Source: Porphyromonas sp.
Lineage (GTDB): Bacteria; Bacteroidota; Bacteroidia; Bacteroidales; Porphyromonadaceae
Assembly (NCBI GenBank): GCA_030529525.1
Contig: JAUMWS010000001.1
Coordinates: 1 to 60,358 of the forward strand
Direction: 5' to 3'
DNA: 60,358 nucleotides
The notes under the pieces are model-generated. The model saw only the letters and a program-made list of their open reading frames with translations. It had not been told where the DNA came from and searched no databases. Numbering within the stretch: position 1 is the stretch's first letter; each line of letters begins with the position of its first letter. Made by a program: the position numbers and the translations under genes. This document shows positions 1-9,254 of this stretch, in pieces.

Positions 1-1829
1 CGGGCGTAAAGTATGATGCCGAGGGAGTAGGTGCTGTTCTGAACATTGTTACGGCACAGATATCCGGCGATGGGACTATGACTACCGTCAGCCTTAATGG
101 AGGGTATCCTACCACTTATGGAGGTTCACTCTATCTCTCATCCAAGATTAAAAAATTCGGAGCAACGGCAAACATTTCATCCTATAACAGTAATATGGAC
201 ATGACTGCCATCTTGGATCAGATACAAGATAACACGCTACTGCTACGGGAAGACAGCAGACAGAAAAGAACCGTGAATGGGTTACAAGGCAGTCTTCTGC
301 TCTCTTACGAGATCAACAACAAGAATCTGATAACATGGACAACCTCTCTATCAAACATCCATACGGAAGGAGATACGGGCTCCGATATCATTAAGCCTTC
401 TTCCGGGACATCCACAAAGAAGTACAATCAGGATAAGATTAAAATAGACGCGATAAATACCTCTTTGGATTACCAACTCTCGACCTCAAGAGCAGGCGAG
501 CTTTTAACCCTCTCTTACAGATACGCCATCACTCCGAACTTCCTCTACAATCTGCGTGAAGTACCGAGCACAAGTCAGGCCGAACGTATGAAGAGCAAAG
601 AAGCAATGAATGAGCACACGGGACAGATAGACTATACTCTCCCGATAGGCAAGCACAAAGCGGAAGTAGGTACAAAATATATCTATCGTAACAATGAAAC
701 ATCGCCACTGTATGAGATATACGATAGTAGAAAAGGGTGGATTCCGGGAAGCCACTATGCTACGGAATATGCCAAAAACGGCTTATTACACAAAAACATC
801 ATCTTGGCAGGATATGCTTCTTACAACTACTCGGATGGTCCTTTCTCCCTAACTGCCGGAGTACGTGCCGAGCAAAACAGGGTTGAGGCTCAGTATAAAA
901 ACCTTCTGACATCTCGTATAGACAGGAGCTTTACGGACGTTATCCCGCAAGTATCATTGGGTTATGTTCCCTCTCCGACCCTACAAACGCGTATAGGATA
1001 TAAGGAGATGGTTGTAAGACCTTCACTGAGACAGCTAAGCCCGTTCGAGACCAATATATCCGATATCCTGTATCATAAGGGGAACCCGAACCTTGAGACC
1101 TCTCGTGTACGCAACTTTAACTTTTCGATTACTCACTTCGGAGCAAAGTATATGATCAATGCAGGGCTGGACTATTCTCTGCAATACAACAACATCGAAA
1201 GCGTAATCTACCGCGCAAAAGAGTCGGACGTCCTGATCTCTACATTTGGCAACCTTAAGGATCCAAGCCATAATATACGAGCCAATATATATACTACTTA
1301 TAATCCGAAGAACTGGTTGAGGCTTTCTGCATTTGCCAATATATCACAGACGAAGCGAGGTGCAACCGAAAGCGTAGAGGTCAATGGCGTATCTCACTCA
1401 CTGAACTTACCGGAGTTTTCAAGCCTCGGTTTATCGGGGAATATCAACGGGACGTTCATCATGCCAAAGAACTTCATCTTCAATGCAAACCTCTATTACA
1501 TGGGCAGACAGAAGATGCTGCAAACCGAGATAAATGACTATCTCATCCACTCATTCTCTCTTTCTAAGAGATTCATGAACGATAAGCTGACTCTTACACT
1601 CTCTGCCGTCTCTCCGTTTACGAACAATCTGAATCTGGAAGTGGTATCCAAAGTGGGATCTTTGACCAATTTGAATAGGATCCAAGTACCTATCCGCCGT
1701 GTTACTCTCGGGCTTACATTCAAGTTCGGAAGCATGAAGGGACAAGTGAAGAAGACTTCGAAGACAATTGTCAACGACGACTTGTCGAAAGCGACCAGCA
1801 GTACGGAGCTTCCAAGTACCGGTATGTAG
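1..1829 (+). CDS. TonB-dependent receptor / outer-membrane beta-barrel protein, 5'-truncated by the window
   Basis: The frame is open from nt 3 (GVKYDAEGVGAVLNIVT, typical plug-domain end). It has a GNPNL motif, amphipathic beta strands and the C-terminal FGSMK...IVNDD typical of Bacteroidota barrels. Confidence 0.8.
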   Translation, partial: GVKYDAEGVGAVLNIVTAQISGDGTMTTVSLNGGYPTTYGGSLYLSSKIKKFGATANISSYNSNMDMTAILDQIQDNTLLLREDSRQKRTVNGLQGSLLLSYEINNKNLITWTTSLSNIHTEGDTGSDIIKPSSGTSTKKYNQDKIKIDAINTSLDYQLSTSRAGELLTLSYRYAITPNFLYNLREVPSTSQAERMKSKEAMNEHTGQIDYTLPIGKHKAEVGTKYIYRNNETSPLYEIYDSRKGWIPGSHYATEYAKNGLLHKNIILAGYASYNYSDGPFSLTAGVRAEQNRVEAQYKNLLTSRIDRSFTDVIPQVSLGYVPSPTLQTRIGYKEMVVRPSLRQLSPFETNISDILYHKGNPNLETSRVRNFNFSITHFGAKYMINAGLDYSLQYNNIESVIYRAKESDVLISTFGNLKDPSHNIRANIYTTYNPKNWLRLSAFANISQTKRGATESVEVNGVSHSLNLPEFSSLGLSGNINGTFIMPKNFIFNANLYYMGRQKMLQTEINDYLIHSFSLSKRFMNDKLTLTLSAVSPFTNNLNLEVVSKVGSLTNLNRIQVPIRRVTLGLTFKFGSMKGQVKKTSKTIVNDDLSKATSSTELPSTGM

Positions 1830-1860
1830 TATACGACCGAGCGGATAACAAACTCCTCTA

Positions 1861-2062
1861 AAGCCGTTCATAAAAAGAGATAAACAGCTAAAGGAGTTTG
1901 TCTGAAGCTTGAAAATATTCCCAATCAAGGCTCTATTTATAGCAATCGAAGCTTGCGGTGCAGAAACCAAAGCTTGAAGCGTACAGATAGAGCCTTGACT
2001 TTTACCTCCAAACCGGTTTGCTCCTATTTTTAAACCCGTTTAGAGAAATCTTTATGGCGGTT
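1861..2062. repeat. ~202-bp dyad-symmetric intergenic element, copy E1
   Basis: 17-bp units resembling AAATCAAGnCTTGATTT at 1922, 1943, 1964, 1985. 8-bp boxes at 1861/1883/1905 and 2011/2033/2055. Confidence 0.75.
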
Positions 2063-2133
2063 GAAACAGATTGAAGAAAAGAGAAAGGGAAAGAGAGCGA
2101 CACGCAACCGAAACTCTCTTCCCCTTTTCATGC

Positions 2134-2181
2134 AGAAAGCCCACCCGGACAGGAGACACTCCTTATCCGGATGGGCTTTCT
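2134..2181. terminator. Bidirectional intrinsic terminator between convergent genes
   Basis: Inverted repeat agaaagcccacccgga...tccggatgggctttct. Confidence 0.7.
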
Positions 2182-2203
2182 CTATATGCGATTAAAGTCT
2201 ATA

Positions 2204-2737
2204 TCAGAACCTGTAACCGATACCCACATCCAACATAGCTCCGTAGCTGAGAGTAAGGTAATCTCTTTTCAGCATCTCGGAATATCCCGTATGGGCAGCA
2301 CCTATATAAACTCCTATCTTGGTTTTGAAATAAAAATTATCTGAGATACGGAGATTGTATCCCCACGCAGGCATTGCCCCATAGGCGTGCAAGAAGAGTT
2401 TTTTGTCCTTTTCCGGAAGGGCAAAGCCTCCCAGATGAGTTATTCCGTAAAGGTCCAAAGCAAGATACCCTGCCTTGTCTGCTCCGTAATACCAGCGAGG
2501 AGAGAGCCTGATAGCCGGGTTTAATCCATTGAACCCAACCTTGTCCGTCATGAAAAGATAAGCGACATCGTAGCCGAAACTTGTCCTGAAAGCAAGAGAG
2601 TTAGATAGATCGTGTTCGTAATAGACATTGTTCTGCATTCCCAATTCTATACCCCACCGACCTTGGGTCTCTCTGTTTTGAGCAAACAGAATGGAGGGAA
2701 AAAGGATTGCACACAGAAAGAATAATGTTTTTTTCAT
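2204..2737 (-). CDS. Small outer-membrane beta-barrel protein
   Basis: Signal peptide, alternating aromatic strands, C-terminal GYRF. Confidence 0.65.
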   Translation of the reverse strand: MKKTLFFLCAILFPSILFAQNRETQGRWGIELGMQNNVYYEHDLSNSLAFRTSFGYDVAYLFMTDKVGFNGLNPAIRLSPRWYYGADKAGYLALDLYGITHLGGFALPEKDKKLFLHAYGAMPAWGYNLRISDNFYFKTKIGVYIGAAHTGYSEMLKRDYLTLSYGAMLDVGIGYRF

Positions 2738-2775
2738 AGCTGATTATTATTGGGTTTATGTATTCACCGTTTCCA

Positions 2776-2783
2776 CAAATGTA
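2776..2783 (-). promoter_or_regulatory. Bacteroidota sigma70 -7 element
   Basis: TACATTTG (TAnnTTTG) on the minus strand about 40 nt upstream of the start. Confidence 0.6.
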
Positions 2784-2819
2784 GATAAATTTTTGATAAA
2801 CATAGAACAAATCGGATCT

Positions 2820-3482
2820 TTACAGCATCATTCTTATCCGATCGTACCTCAAAATTCGCCCTTTTCCTCGATTGAACTCTATGATATCCTCTTTCACCAT
2901 ATCCGAAATGGCTCTCGAAAGAGAAGGGCGTTCCACCCCGAAGTACTCTGCCAACGAGGATATGCTGCGTCCAAGCTCAAAAGAGCCGTTCTTTGATCGC
3001 TTGGAGATGTAAAAGGCAAACTTGGACTTTATGCTTTTGATCGAGAATATCTTGAGCCTTTCGGACAGAAACTGCATCCGATCTGCGGTAAACGCCATAA
3101 ATCCTCTAAGGAAATGAGGACACTTGGCCATCTGTTTCTCTATGGTTTCTTTTGAGAAAAGCATAATCTCGGACTCTTCCAATGCAATAACATCGACCGG
3201 GAAACAGTTCTCTTTGGCAAAGAGAAAGACTGCCGCCAAAGGGTATGGAGCGCGAATCTCATCTATATGCAGCGTAAGGCCGGGATCGGATACAATCTCC
3301 GTCTTTACCCGTCCTTTCGTAAGCATATAGAGATCTTCCACTTTATCTCCCTGATAGGCAATGTATTCTCCCTTCTTGTATCGCTTTACCACATGAGGGA
3401 TGTCGCAGACCGTTTCATCCATTTCCTTTTCAGAAGCAGTGCCGCATTGTGTGCAAAAAAAACGTATATCGGGCGTTTCCAT
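2820..3482 (-). CDS. Crp/Fnr-family transcriptional regulator (HcpR-like)
   Basis: cNMP-binding-like domain plus C-terminal HTH (LAEYFGVERPSLSRAISDM). Start moved to ATG 3482 because the TACCTTTG promoter lies at 3499-3506. Confidence 0.85.
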   Translation of the reverse strand: METPDIRFFCTQCGTASEKEMDETVCDIPHVVKRYKKGEYIAYQGDKVEDLYMLTKGRVKTEIVSDPGLTLHIDEIRAPYPLAAVFLFAKENCFPVDVIALEESEIMLFSKETIEKQMAKCPHFLRGFMAFTADRMQFLSERLKIFSIKSIKSKFAFYISKRSKNGSFELGRSISSLAEYFGVERPSLSRAISDMVKEDIIEFNRGKGRILRYDRIRMML

Positions 3483-3567
3483 AGCTTTTTTCTTTTCGCA
3501 AAGGTACACAATCCCCTCTTTTTCAAGGAAGAAAAATCGAATCGTTTTCAAGAAATAAGATACAACG

Positions 3568-3609
3568 AAAACGGGCTATATCGGGAACATTCCCGATATA
3601 GCCCGTTTT
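3568..3609 (-). terminator. Intrinsic terminator (20-bp perfect arms)
   Basis: aaaacgggctatatcgggaa-ca-ttcccgatatagcccgtttt just after the hydrolase stop. Confidence 0.75.
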
Positions 3610-3634
3610 TATTTCAAGCAAAATAGACAGCAGA

Positions 3635-5017
3635 TTAGAGCTGCACCTCCACCTTACTTGGATATATTCTTTTAGGATCTCCGAAGAGCGCCATTGTTTC
3701 TGCCATTACTCCTCGTGATGGTTTGAGTTTGCCCTCTTTCACCAACGCCCCGTTAAGATAAACCTGAACGGGAGAAGAGAAGTCTATACCTTCCAAATAA
3801 ATGGAAACTTTACCACTTACTTTTCCGGCAATCTCTTTCGTTGTGAGCTCCACCCGATTTCCTTGACGAACAAGATCGAATAACATCCTATCATTATCCG
3901 AAGAGCGTTTCAGAGCACGGAAGTCAAGATTATACACAGCATTGGAATAACCTCCCGTCCCAACCTTGCCATTCGGAAATATGTTATAGTATTCGTAAGT
4001 AACATGCCGAGGGTTGGTCCGACGTTTCTGGCGGATAAACCAGGGTGCCATATCCAAATAGCGTGTTCCTAAATGGTCTCTATTCGGTTGGATTATGACC
4101 ATTCCCTCATAATCGGAAGCATTTTGGCGTTGAAGCTCTTCATGCTTATCTTTCCACCTGTAAGCGTAAAGGTTTCTGCTATAACCGAAATCGTTGGCTC
4201 CAACTTCCATACGAAATGCCAGATTTCTGAGATTTACTGCTTCAGTGGAAGGGTTTTCTGCAGCAGCAAGAACACCTGCAGCGGCAAAATAGTCCGGCAT
4301 GAACAGAGCAAGTCGGAGTGTTCCGTATCCTCCCTCAGAGATACCCGTAAGATAGACTCTATCGGGATTAGCAATACCACTTAACACGCCAAGCTGATAA
4401 GCTCTAAGGAATGCCGCACATTGCGGTTGGTAGTACCAGCGTCCTTTACGATCGTCCGACATACGGGGCACAAAGTAAAAAGAGGGAGAGTCTTCATAGA
4501 TACGACTCAAAGAAATAGCCGCTTTCCATTCGCTCTCATTAATAGTAGAGCCCCACTCTGTAGGCGTATTGGGATAAGAACCACCACCATGAAGATTGAT
4601 GACCATAGGGTATCCTCCGGCAGGCATATCTCCTTTGGGGAAGCATCTTATCCGCATCCTCTCTTGCTGAGGTATATTCCAGATCATATCTTCTCCGGCA
4701 GGACGGAGAGCAAATCCCGACTTTTCGAGTCGCTCTTTATTGGCTTCCTTCCAAAGTTGCCAGATTAGATCCTGTTCAACTCTCACTTCATCCGGAGAGA
4801 TGTACTCTCTGTACATCTCTACCGGAGCAAGTGCAATATTTTCTTTATCGAGCTGCTGCTTGAGAAAAGAGACAATACGATCGTTTGAGATAAACTCCGA
4901 TCTTTTGACTCCTTCGTCTTCTATCTCCGGCTTATCGTCTTTACACGATGGAAGCAGAGATAGTACTCCAAACAGCAAAAATGTAAAGCTTATCCTTGAA
5001 ATCTTTTTACTTGTCAT
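3635..5017 (-). CDS. Lipoprotein alpha/beta-hydrolase (esterase/peptidase)
   Basis: Lipobox LPSC followed by KDD, oxyanion LHGGG, nucleophile GISEGG, downstream D and H. Confidence 0.75.
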   Translation of the reverse strand: MTSKKISRISFTFLLFGVLSLLPSCKDDKPEIEDEGVKRSEFISNDRIVSFLKQQLDKENIALAPVEMYREYISPDEVRVEQDLIWQLWKEANKERLEKSGFALRPAGEDMIWNIPQQERMRIRCFPKGDMPAGGYPMVINLHGGGSYPNTPTEWGSTINESEWKAAISLSRIYEDSPSFYFVPRMSDDRKGRWYYQPQCAAFLRAYQLGVLSGIANPDRVYLTGISEGGYGTLRLALFMPDYFAAAGVLAAAENPSTEAVNLRNLAFRMEVGANDFGYSRNLYAYRWKDKHEELQRQNASDYEGMVIIQPNRDHLGTRYLDMAPWFIRQKRRTNPRHVTYEYYNIFPNGKVGTGGYSNAVYNLDFRALKRSSDNDRMLFDLVRQGNRVELTTKEIAGKVSGKVSIYLEGIDFSSPVQVYLNGALVKEGKLKPSRGVMAETMALFGDPKRIYPSKVEVQL

Positions 5018-6413
5018 CTTCTTGGAAGTAAACTATATACTCATCCTTTTTGAAGCCATTGAATGACTTAAGATAAGTCTGAGCAGTTCCCTTAGGCACA
5101 TAGAAGCGGAAATATGGCTTGCCATCCTTTTTAAACGGAATCTTTGAGAATGGGAACCCTTCGTAAGCAGGAGGTGTAGGTGTTACAAATCTGATGGATC
5201 TAAGACTTGTACAGTTATCAAAAGCTTGAGCACCGATGCTTCTCACCTTGCCAAGGAAAGTAACACTCTTCAAATTCTTGCAGTAAAGGAACATTCTTTC
5301 CGGAATAAGCTCTACTCCTGCAGGAATTACAATGTTTTCCAATTCGTAGTCCGCCCAGAAAGTGTCGTTCTCAATACTTTCAACAGAAGCAGGAAGCTTG
5401 AGATTCTTCAACTTTGGAGAGAAACAGAAAGCTCCGCTACCGATTCTTTTAAGAGAGTTACCCGGGAATATGATAGTCTCAAGTTGGCAATAGCCGAACC
5501 ATCCTCTACCGATCTCTTCCAAGTTGCGAGGGGCAATAAACTTCTTTACGCTCTTATTGTTCTTGAAGCAAGTATCATCATAGTCGAGATCAAACGTAGC
5601 ATCGGCCATATCTACCTCTACCAAAGCCTTCATTTTATCTCTTATGAAAGAGAAGTCCACCTGTCTTATCGACATGTTCTTAACGACAAGATATTTGATT
5701 TTAGCGGCTTCTTCTTCGGTAATTTTCTCTGAAAGTCTTCCTTCGCCCATTACTATCTTTTCGTTTTCACGAGGAACAACTTTCAGTTTACCGTTTTCAC
5801 CCTTATCGCTAACGAAGTCGTATCTGAAGCGAACACTCTCTATCGCTCCCTCTGTGCTCTTAACATCCAAAAGCTGTAGCTTAACATAGCGGTTCTCTTT
5901 AGCGATACGGATGATAAATACTCTGTCCGAAACCTTCAATGCTCCGCTTTCGGCATCTCTGGTATACCATGCTCCTTCTGCAAGAAGCGGGTTGGAAGAA
6001 AAGACTACAGATGGTGCAACCTCCCGACGAATATCTGTCTCCCAAAGGTTCAACTCCTTCAAAAATGGTTCTGCACTCTCAATACCGTCGAAGTCGTTAG
6101 TGTTTGTCATATAGACGGAACCTTTTCCTGCTCCGCTCTCACCGCTGTTGGTACGGCCTTCAAGACCGAGAAATGCAATATCCCAATCGCTGTTTCCGGC
6201 AGCATTGGCACTGTTTACTTCCACTTTTTTATTATTCACAAAAGAAAAGTAAACAAATTCTCCTACGGCTCCTTCCCTGATAGAACTATTCGGAGTCTTT
6301 AACTCTACAGTAAAAGGGCCTTTTGCAGGTCCGTCAGGACCATTACTTTTGTCGCATGATTGCAATCCTACAAAGAGGAGCAACATGAAAAATAATTTGA
6401 GATTGGTTTTCAT
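5007..6413 (-). CDS. Lipoprotein with HmuY-like N-terminal domain and BspA-type leucine-rich repeats
   Basis: Lipobox LQSC. YFSF...DWDIAF...RTNSG.SG.GKG and YVKLQ motifs are HmuY-like. Repeats such as IG..AF..C.L..I.LP..V..I are LRR_5 type. Confidence 0.75.
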   Translation of the reverse strand: MKTNLKLFFMLLLFVGLQSCDKSNGPDGPAKGPFTVELKTPNSSIREGAVGEFVYFSFVNNKKVEVNSANAAGNSDWDIAFLGLEGRTNSGESGAGKGSVYMTNTNDFDGIESAEPFLKELNLWETDIRREVAPSVVFSSNPLLAEGAWYTRDAESGALKVSDRVFIIRIAKENRYVKLQLLDVKSTEGAIESVRFRYDFVSDKGENGKLKVVPRENEKIVMGEGRLSEKITEEEAAKIKYLVVKNMSIRQVDFSFIRDKMKALVEVDMADATFDLDYDDTCFKNNKSVKKFIAPRNLEEIGRGWFGYCQLETIIFPGNSLKRIGSGAFCFSPKLKNLKLPASVESIENDTFWADYELENIVIPAGVELIPERMFLYCKNLKSVTFLGKVRSIGAQAFDNCTSLRSIRFVTPTPPAYEGFPFSKIPFKKDGKPYFRFYVPKGTAQTYLKSFNGFKKDEYIVYFQEDDK

Positions 6414-6447
6414 AAAGATTATGTTTTAGTGTCTTGTTTACGAGGTG

Positions 6448-6455
6448 CAAACTTA
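6448..6455 (-). promoter_or_regulatory. -7 promoter element
   Basis: TAAGTTTG upstream of the HmuY-LRR gene. Confidence 0.6.
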
Positions 6456-6548
6456 AACATTTACCATAGACCCAACTCTCCCAATCTTTAGGTATTTTAA
6501 ACAGATAGATTGCTACCTATTTCTTGGGAATTTGCCCTTTTTACATAA

Positions 6549-6587
6549 AATAAGGGCCGGCATCCTGTCTGGAAACCGGCCCTTATT
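6549..6587 (-). terminator. pta-ackA terminator
   Basis: aataagggccgg...ccggcccttatt with a U-tract on the minus strand. Confidence 0.7.
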
Positions 6588-6618
6588 GCTATTCTATTTG
6601 ACCTGTACAAAAGAGGAT

Positions 6619-7812
6619 TTATACCAATGCTTGAACGTCTTTTGCTATCATAAACTCTTCGTCCGTAGGCACGACCATGATAGTGGCTTTGGCTCCGGCT
6701 TTGGAGATAACCATCTCTTTGCCTCTCATGTTTGTATTGAGGTCTTTGTCTATCTCCATTCCCAAGAAACCGAGACCCTCGCAAACTGCTTCACGTGTAG
6801 TCCATTGGTTCTCTCCTACACCGCCTGTAAAGATAAGAAGATCCACGCCTCCCATTGCTGCTGCATAGGCTCCGATATACTTCTTAATACGGTAGTCGTA
6901 CATCTTCATGGCAAGGATAGCTTTTTCATCGTTCTTTTCAATAGCAGCCTCTATCTCTCTCATATCGGAAGAGATTTCCGTGATACCGAGGACTCCGGAC
7001 TTCTTATTGATAAGATTGCTAAGCCCTTCACCATCGAGTCCAAGCTTCTCTACAAGGAACGCAAGAGCGCCCGGATCCACGTCTCCACTACGAGTACCCA
7101 TGATAAGACCTTCGGTCGGAGTAAGACCCATAGAGGTATCCATCACCTTACCATCCTTTATTGCTGCTATGGAAGCTCCGTTTCCGATGTGCGCAGTGAT
7201 GATTTTTGTCTTATTGATATCCAGACCAAGCACCTCGCAAGCACGTTGGCTTACATATCTATGGCTTGTTCCATGGAAACCGTAACGGCGAATGCCATAC
7301 TTCTTGTAAAGCTCATACGGTAGAGCATACATATATGCAAAAGGCTCCATTGTCTGATGGAATGCTGTATCGAACACACCTACTTGAGGCACGTTAGGCA
7401 GAAGAGCCTTTATCGCATCCACACCTTTGATATTGGGTGGATTGTGTAGCGGTGCAAGCTCGATGCACTCTTCCACTTGCTTGATCACTTCATCTGTGAT
7501 GAGCACGCTCTTAGAGAACTTCTCTCCACCATGTACAAGGCGGTGTCCTACTGCTTCTATCTCATCATAAGAAGAGATACAGCCATGCTCTTTATCTTTA
7601 AGAACAGAGAGAATGAACTCTACTGCGGCTGTGTGTTCGGGCAGATCTTTTTCCAAGATAACCTTCTTGCCATCTTTGCCGACGAACTTAAGGAAAGATC
7701 CGGAAAGGCCAAGCTTTTCCACTCCACCCTCTGCCAATACTTCCTTAGAGGTCATGTTGAACAGCTTGTACTTTACAGACGAGCTGCCACAATTTAATAC
7801 GAGGATTTTCAT
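6619..7812 (-). CDS. ackA: Acetate kinase
   Basis: NCGSSSVK, GHRLVHGG, FDTAFH, YGFHGTSH motifs. Confidence 0.98.
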   Translation of the reverse strand: MKILVLNCGSSSVKYKLFNMTSKEVLAEGGVEKLGLSGSFLKFVGKDGKKVILEKDLPEHTAAVEFILSVLKDKEHGCISSYDEIEAVGHRLVHGGEKFSKSVLITDEVIKQVEECIELAPLHNPPNIKGVDAIKALLPNVPQVGVFDTAFHQTMEPFAYMYALPYELYKKYGIRRYGFHGTSHRYVSQRACEVLGLDINKTKIITAHIGNGASIAAIKDGKVMDTSMGLTPTEGLIMGTRSGDVDPGALAFLVEKLGLDGEGLSNLINKKSGVLGITEISSDMREIEAAIEKNDEKAILAMKMYDYRIKKYIGAYAAAMGGVDLLIFTGGVGENQWTTREAVCEGLGFLGMEIDKDLNTNMRGKEMVISKAGAKATIMVVPTDEEFMIAKDVQALV

Positions 7813-7854
7813 ATCGCTATTATTGTAATATATTTTCTTCCTTGATAAGTCCGT

Positions 7855-8868
7855 TTACTTCGCTCCCTTAAGACCGATAGCTTGTAGAGCTGTTATCGCC
7901 ACCATGTAGTAGATATCTTCCACAGAGCATCCACGGCTCAGGTCGTTCACCGGAGCGGCGATACCTTGAAGCACAGGACCTACAGCCTCTGCTCCTGCAA
8001 GACGTTGCACCAACTTGTATGCAATATTTCCTACCTCAAGAGATGGGAACACCAATACGTTTGCATGGCCTGCGATAGGGCTGTTCGGAGCTTTCAGCTC
8101 GCCCACTTTAGGCACAAGGGCAGCATCTGCCTGCAACTCTCCGTCTATGCTTAGTTCGGGAGCAGCTTCATTGGCTATTTTCGTTGCCTCTATTACCTTA
8201 TCCACCAATTCGTTCTTTGCACTTCCTTTAGTAGAGAAGCTGAGGATTGCCACCTTGGCTTCCATATCCAACAGATCCTTGGCAGTGTGCGCGGAAGATA
8301 TGGCTATCTGAGCCAACTGCTGTGCATCCGGATTGGGAGTAACCGCACAGTCGGCAAAAAGAAGCGTACCTTCTTTTCCATACTCCTTAGCAGGAGTGAT
8401 CATGATGAATGCTCCGGATACGGTACTTACACCCGGAACGGTCTTGATGATTTGAAGTGCAGGACGAAGGACATCTCCGGTAAAGTTTTTTGCTCCGGCC
8501 ACTTCCCCATCGGCATCTCCGGCTTTAATCATCAGACAAGCGAGATAGAGAGGATCTTTAGACTTCTTCTCTGCCTCTTCGATAGTCATTCCTTTGCTCT
8601 TTCTAAGCTCAAAAAGGAGATTGGCATACTTACTCATCCGGCTGTCTGTAGCAGGATTTACTATTTCTGCCTGAGCAATATGAGTGAGGGAAAGTTCTGC
8701 TGCCTTATTGGCTATTTCTCTTTCGTCTCCGATAAGAATAATGTTTGCTACTCCATCTTTTATTAGTCGGTCTGCCGCTTTAAGCGTTCTTTCTTCAACC
8801 CCTTCGGGTAGCACAATACGTCGCCTGTCAGCGCTCGCACGCTTCACAAATGATTCTAAAAGTTCCAT
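7855..8868 (-). CDS. pta: Phosphate acetyltransferase
   Basis: IVLPEG, FADCAV, SFSTKGS, DGELQADAA, NDLSRG motifs; adjacent to ackA. Confidence 0.98.
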   Translation of the reverse strand: MELLESFVKRASADRRRIVLPEGVEERTLKAADRLIKDGVANIILIGDEREIANKAAELSLTHIAQAEIVNPATDSRMSKYANLLFELRKSKGMTIEEAEKKSKDPLYLACLMIKAGDADGEVAGAKNFTGDVLRPALQIIKTVPGVSTVSGAFIMITPAKEYGKEGTLLFADCAVTPNPDAQQLAQIAISSAHTAKDLLDMEAKVAILSFSTKGSAKNELVDKVIEATKIANEAAPELSIDGELQADAALVPKVGELKAPNSPIAGHANVLVFPSLEVGNIAYKLVQRLAGAEAVGPVLQGIAAPVNDLSRGCSVEDIYYMVAITALQAIGLKGAK

Positions 8869-8898
8869 GATATGGTTTGTTTTCTTTAGTATTTACTG

Positions 8899-8906
8899 CA
8901 AATGTA
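8899..8906 (-). promoter_or_regulatory. -7 promoter element of pta-ackA
   Basis: TACATTTG about 30 nt upstream of pta. Confidence 0.6.
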
Positions 8907-9254
8907 CAAAACCTTTCGGACTCATCCTATATAATTTTATAGCTTTATTCTCTAATCGGATTGCTTTTCTTTCCGAAGAAAAACAGAGGAAGAGCGGTGT
9001 CCCAACGGATGAGAAACAAGCTCTCTACCTGCGATAAAAAAGCGAAAGCCTTTTTCCGGTAAGGGTTTGCTATCCAACACGATAAAAATCCCCATTCTTA
9101 GCGATTGTGGAAGAGCTCTCATTTCGATATTTTTGCCTGTAACAAAGTGATATGATTAGTTTTCTTTTTATGAATTTCGGGGCAGTCTCTTTACCGAACT
9201 GCCCCTTCTGCTTAATCTTAAATAATTTAGTTGCTAAGAAAAACGAGTACAAAA

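Noticed and set aside
1922-2001. 21-bp repeats as a mini CRISPR array
   Set aside because: Units are degenerate, separated by only 4 nt, have no unique spacers, and there are no cas genes.
9130-9210. Possible riboswitch or Crp/HcpR site upstream of the reductase
   Set aside because: Only one hairpin (ggggcagt...actgcccc); no recognisable aptamer, and tgtaacaaagtgata is not a proper palindrome.
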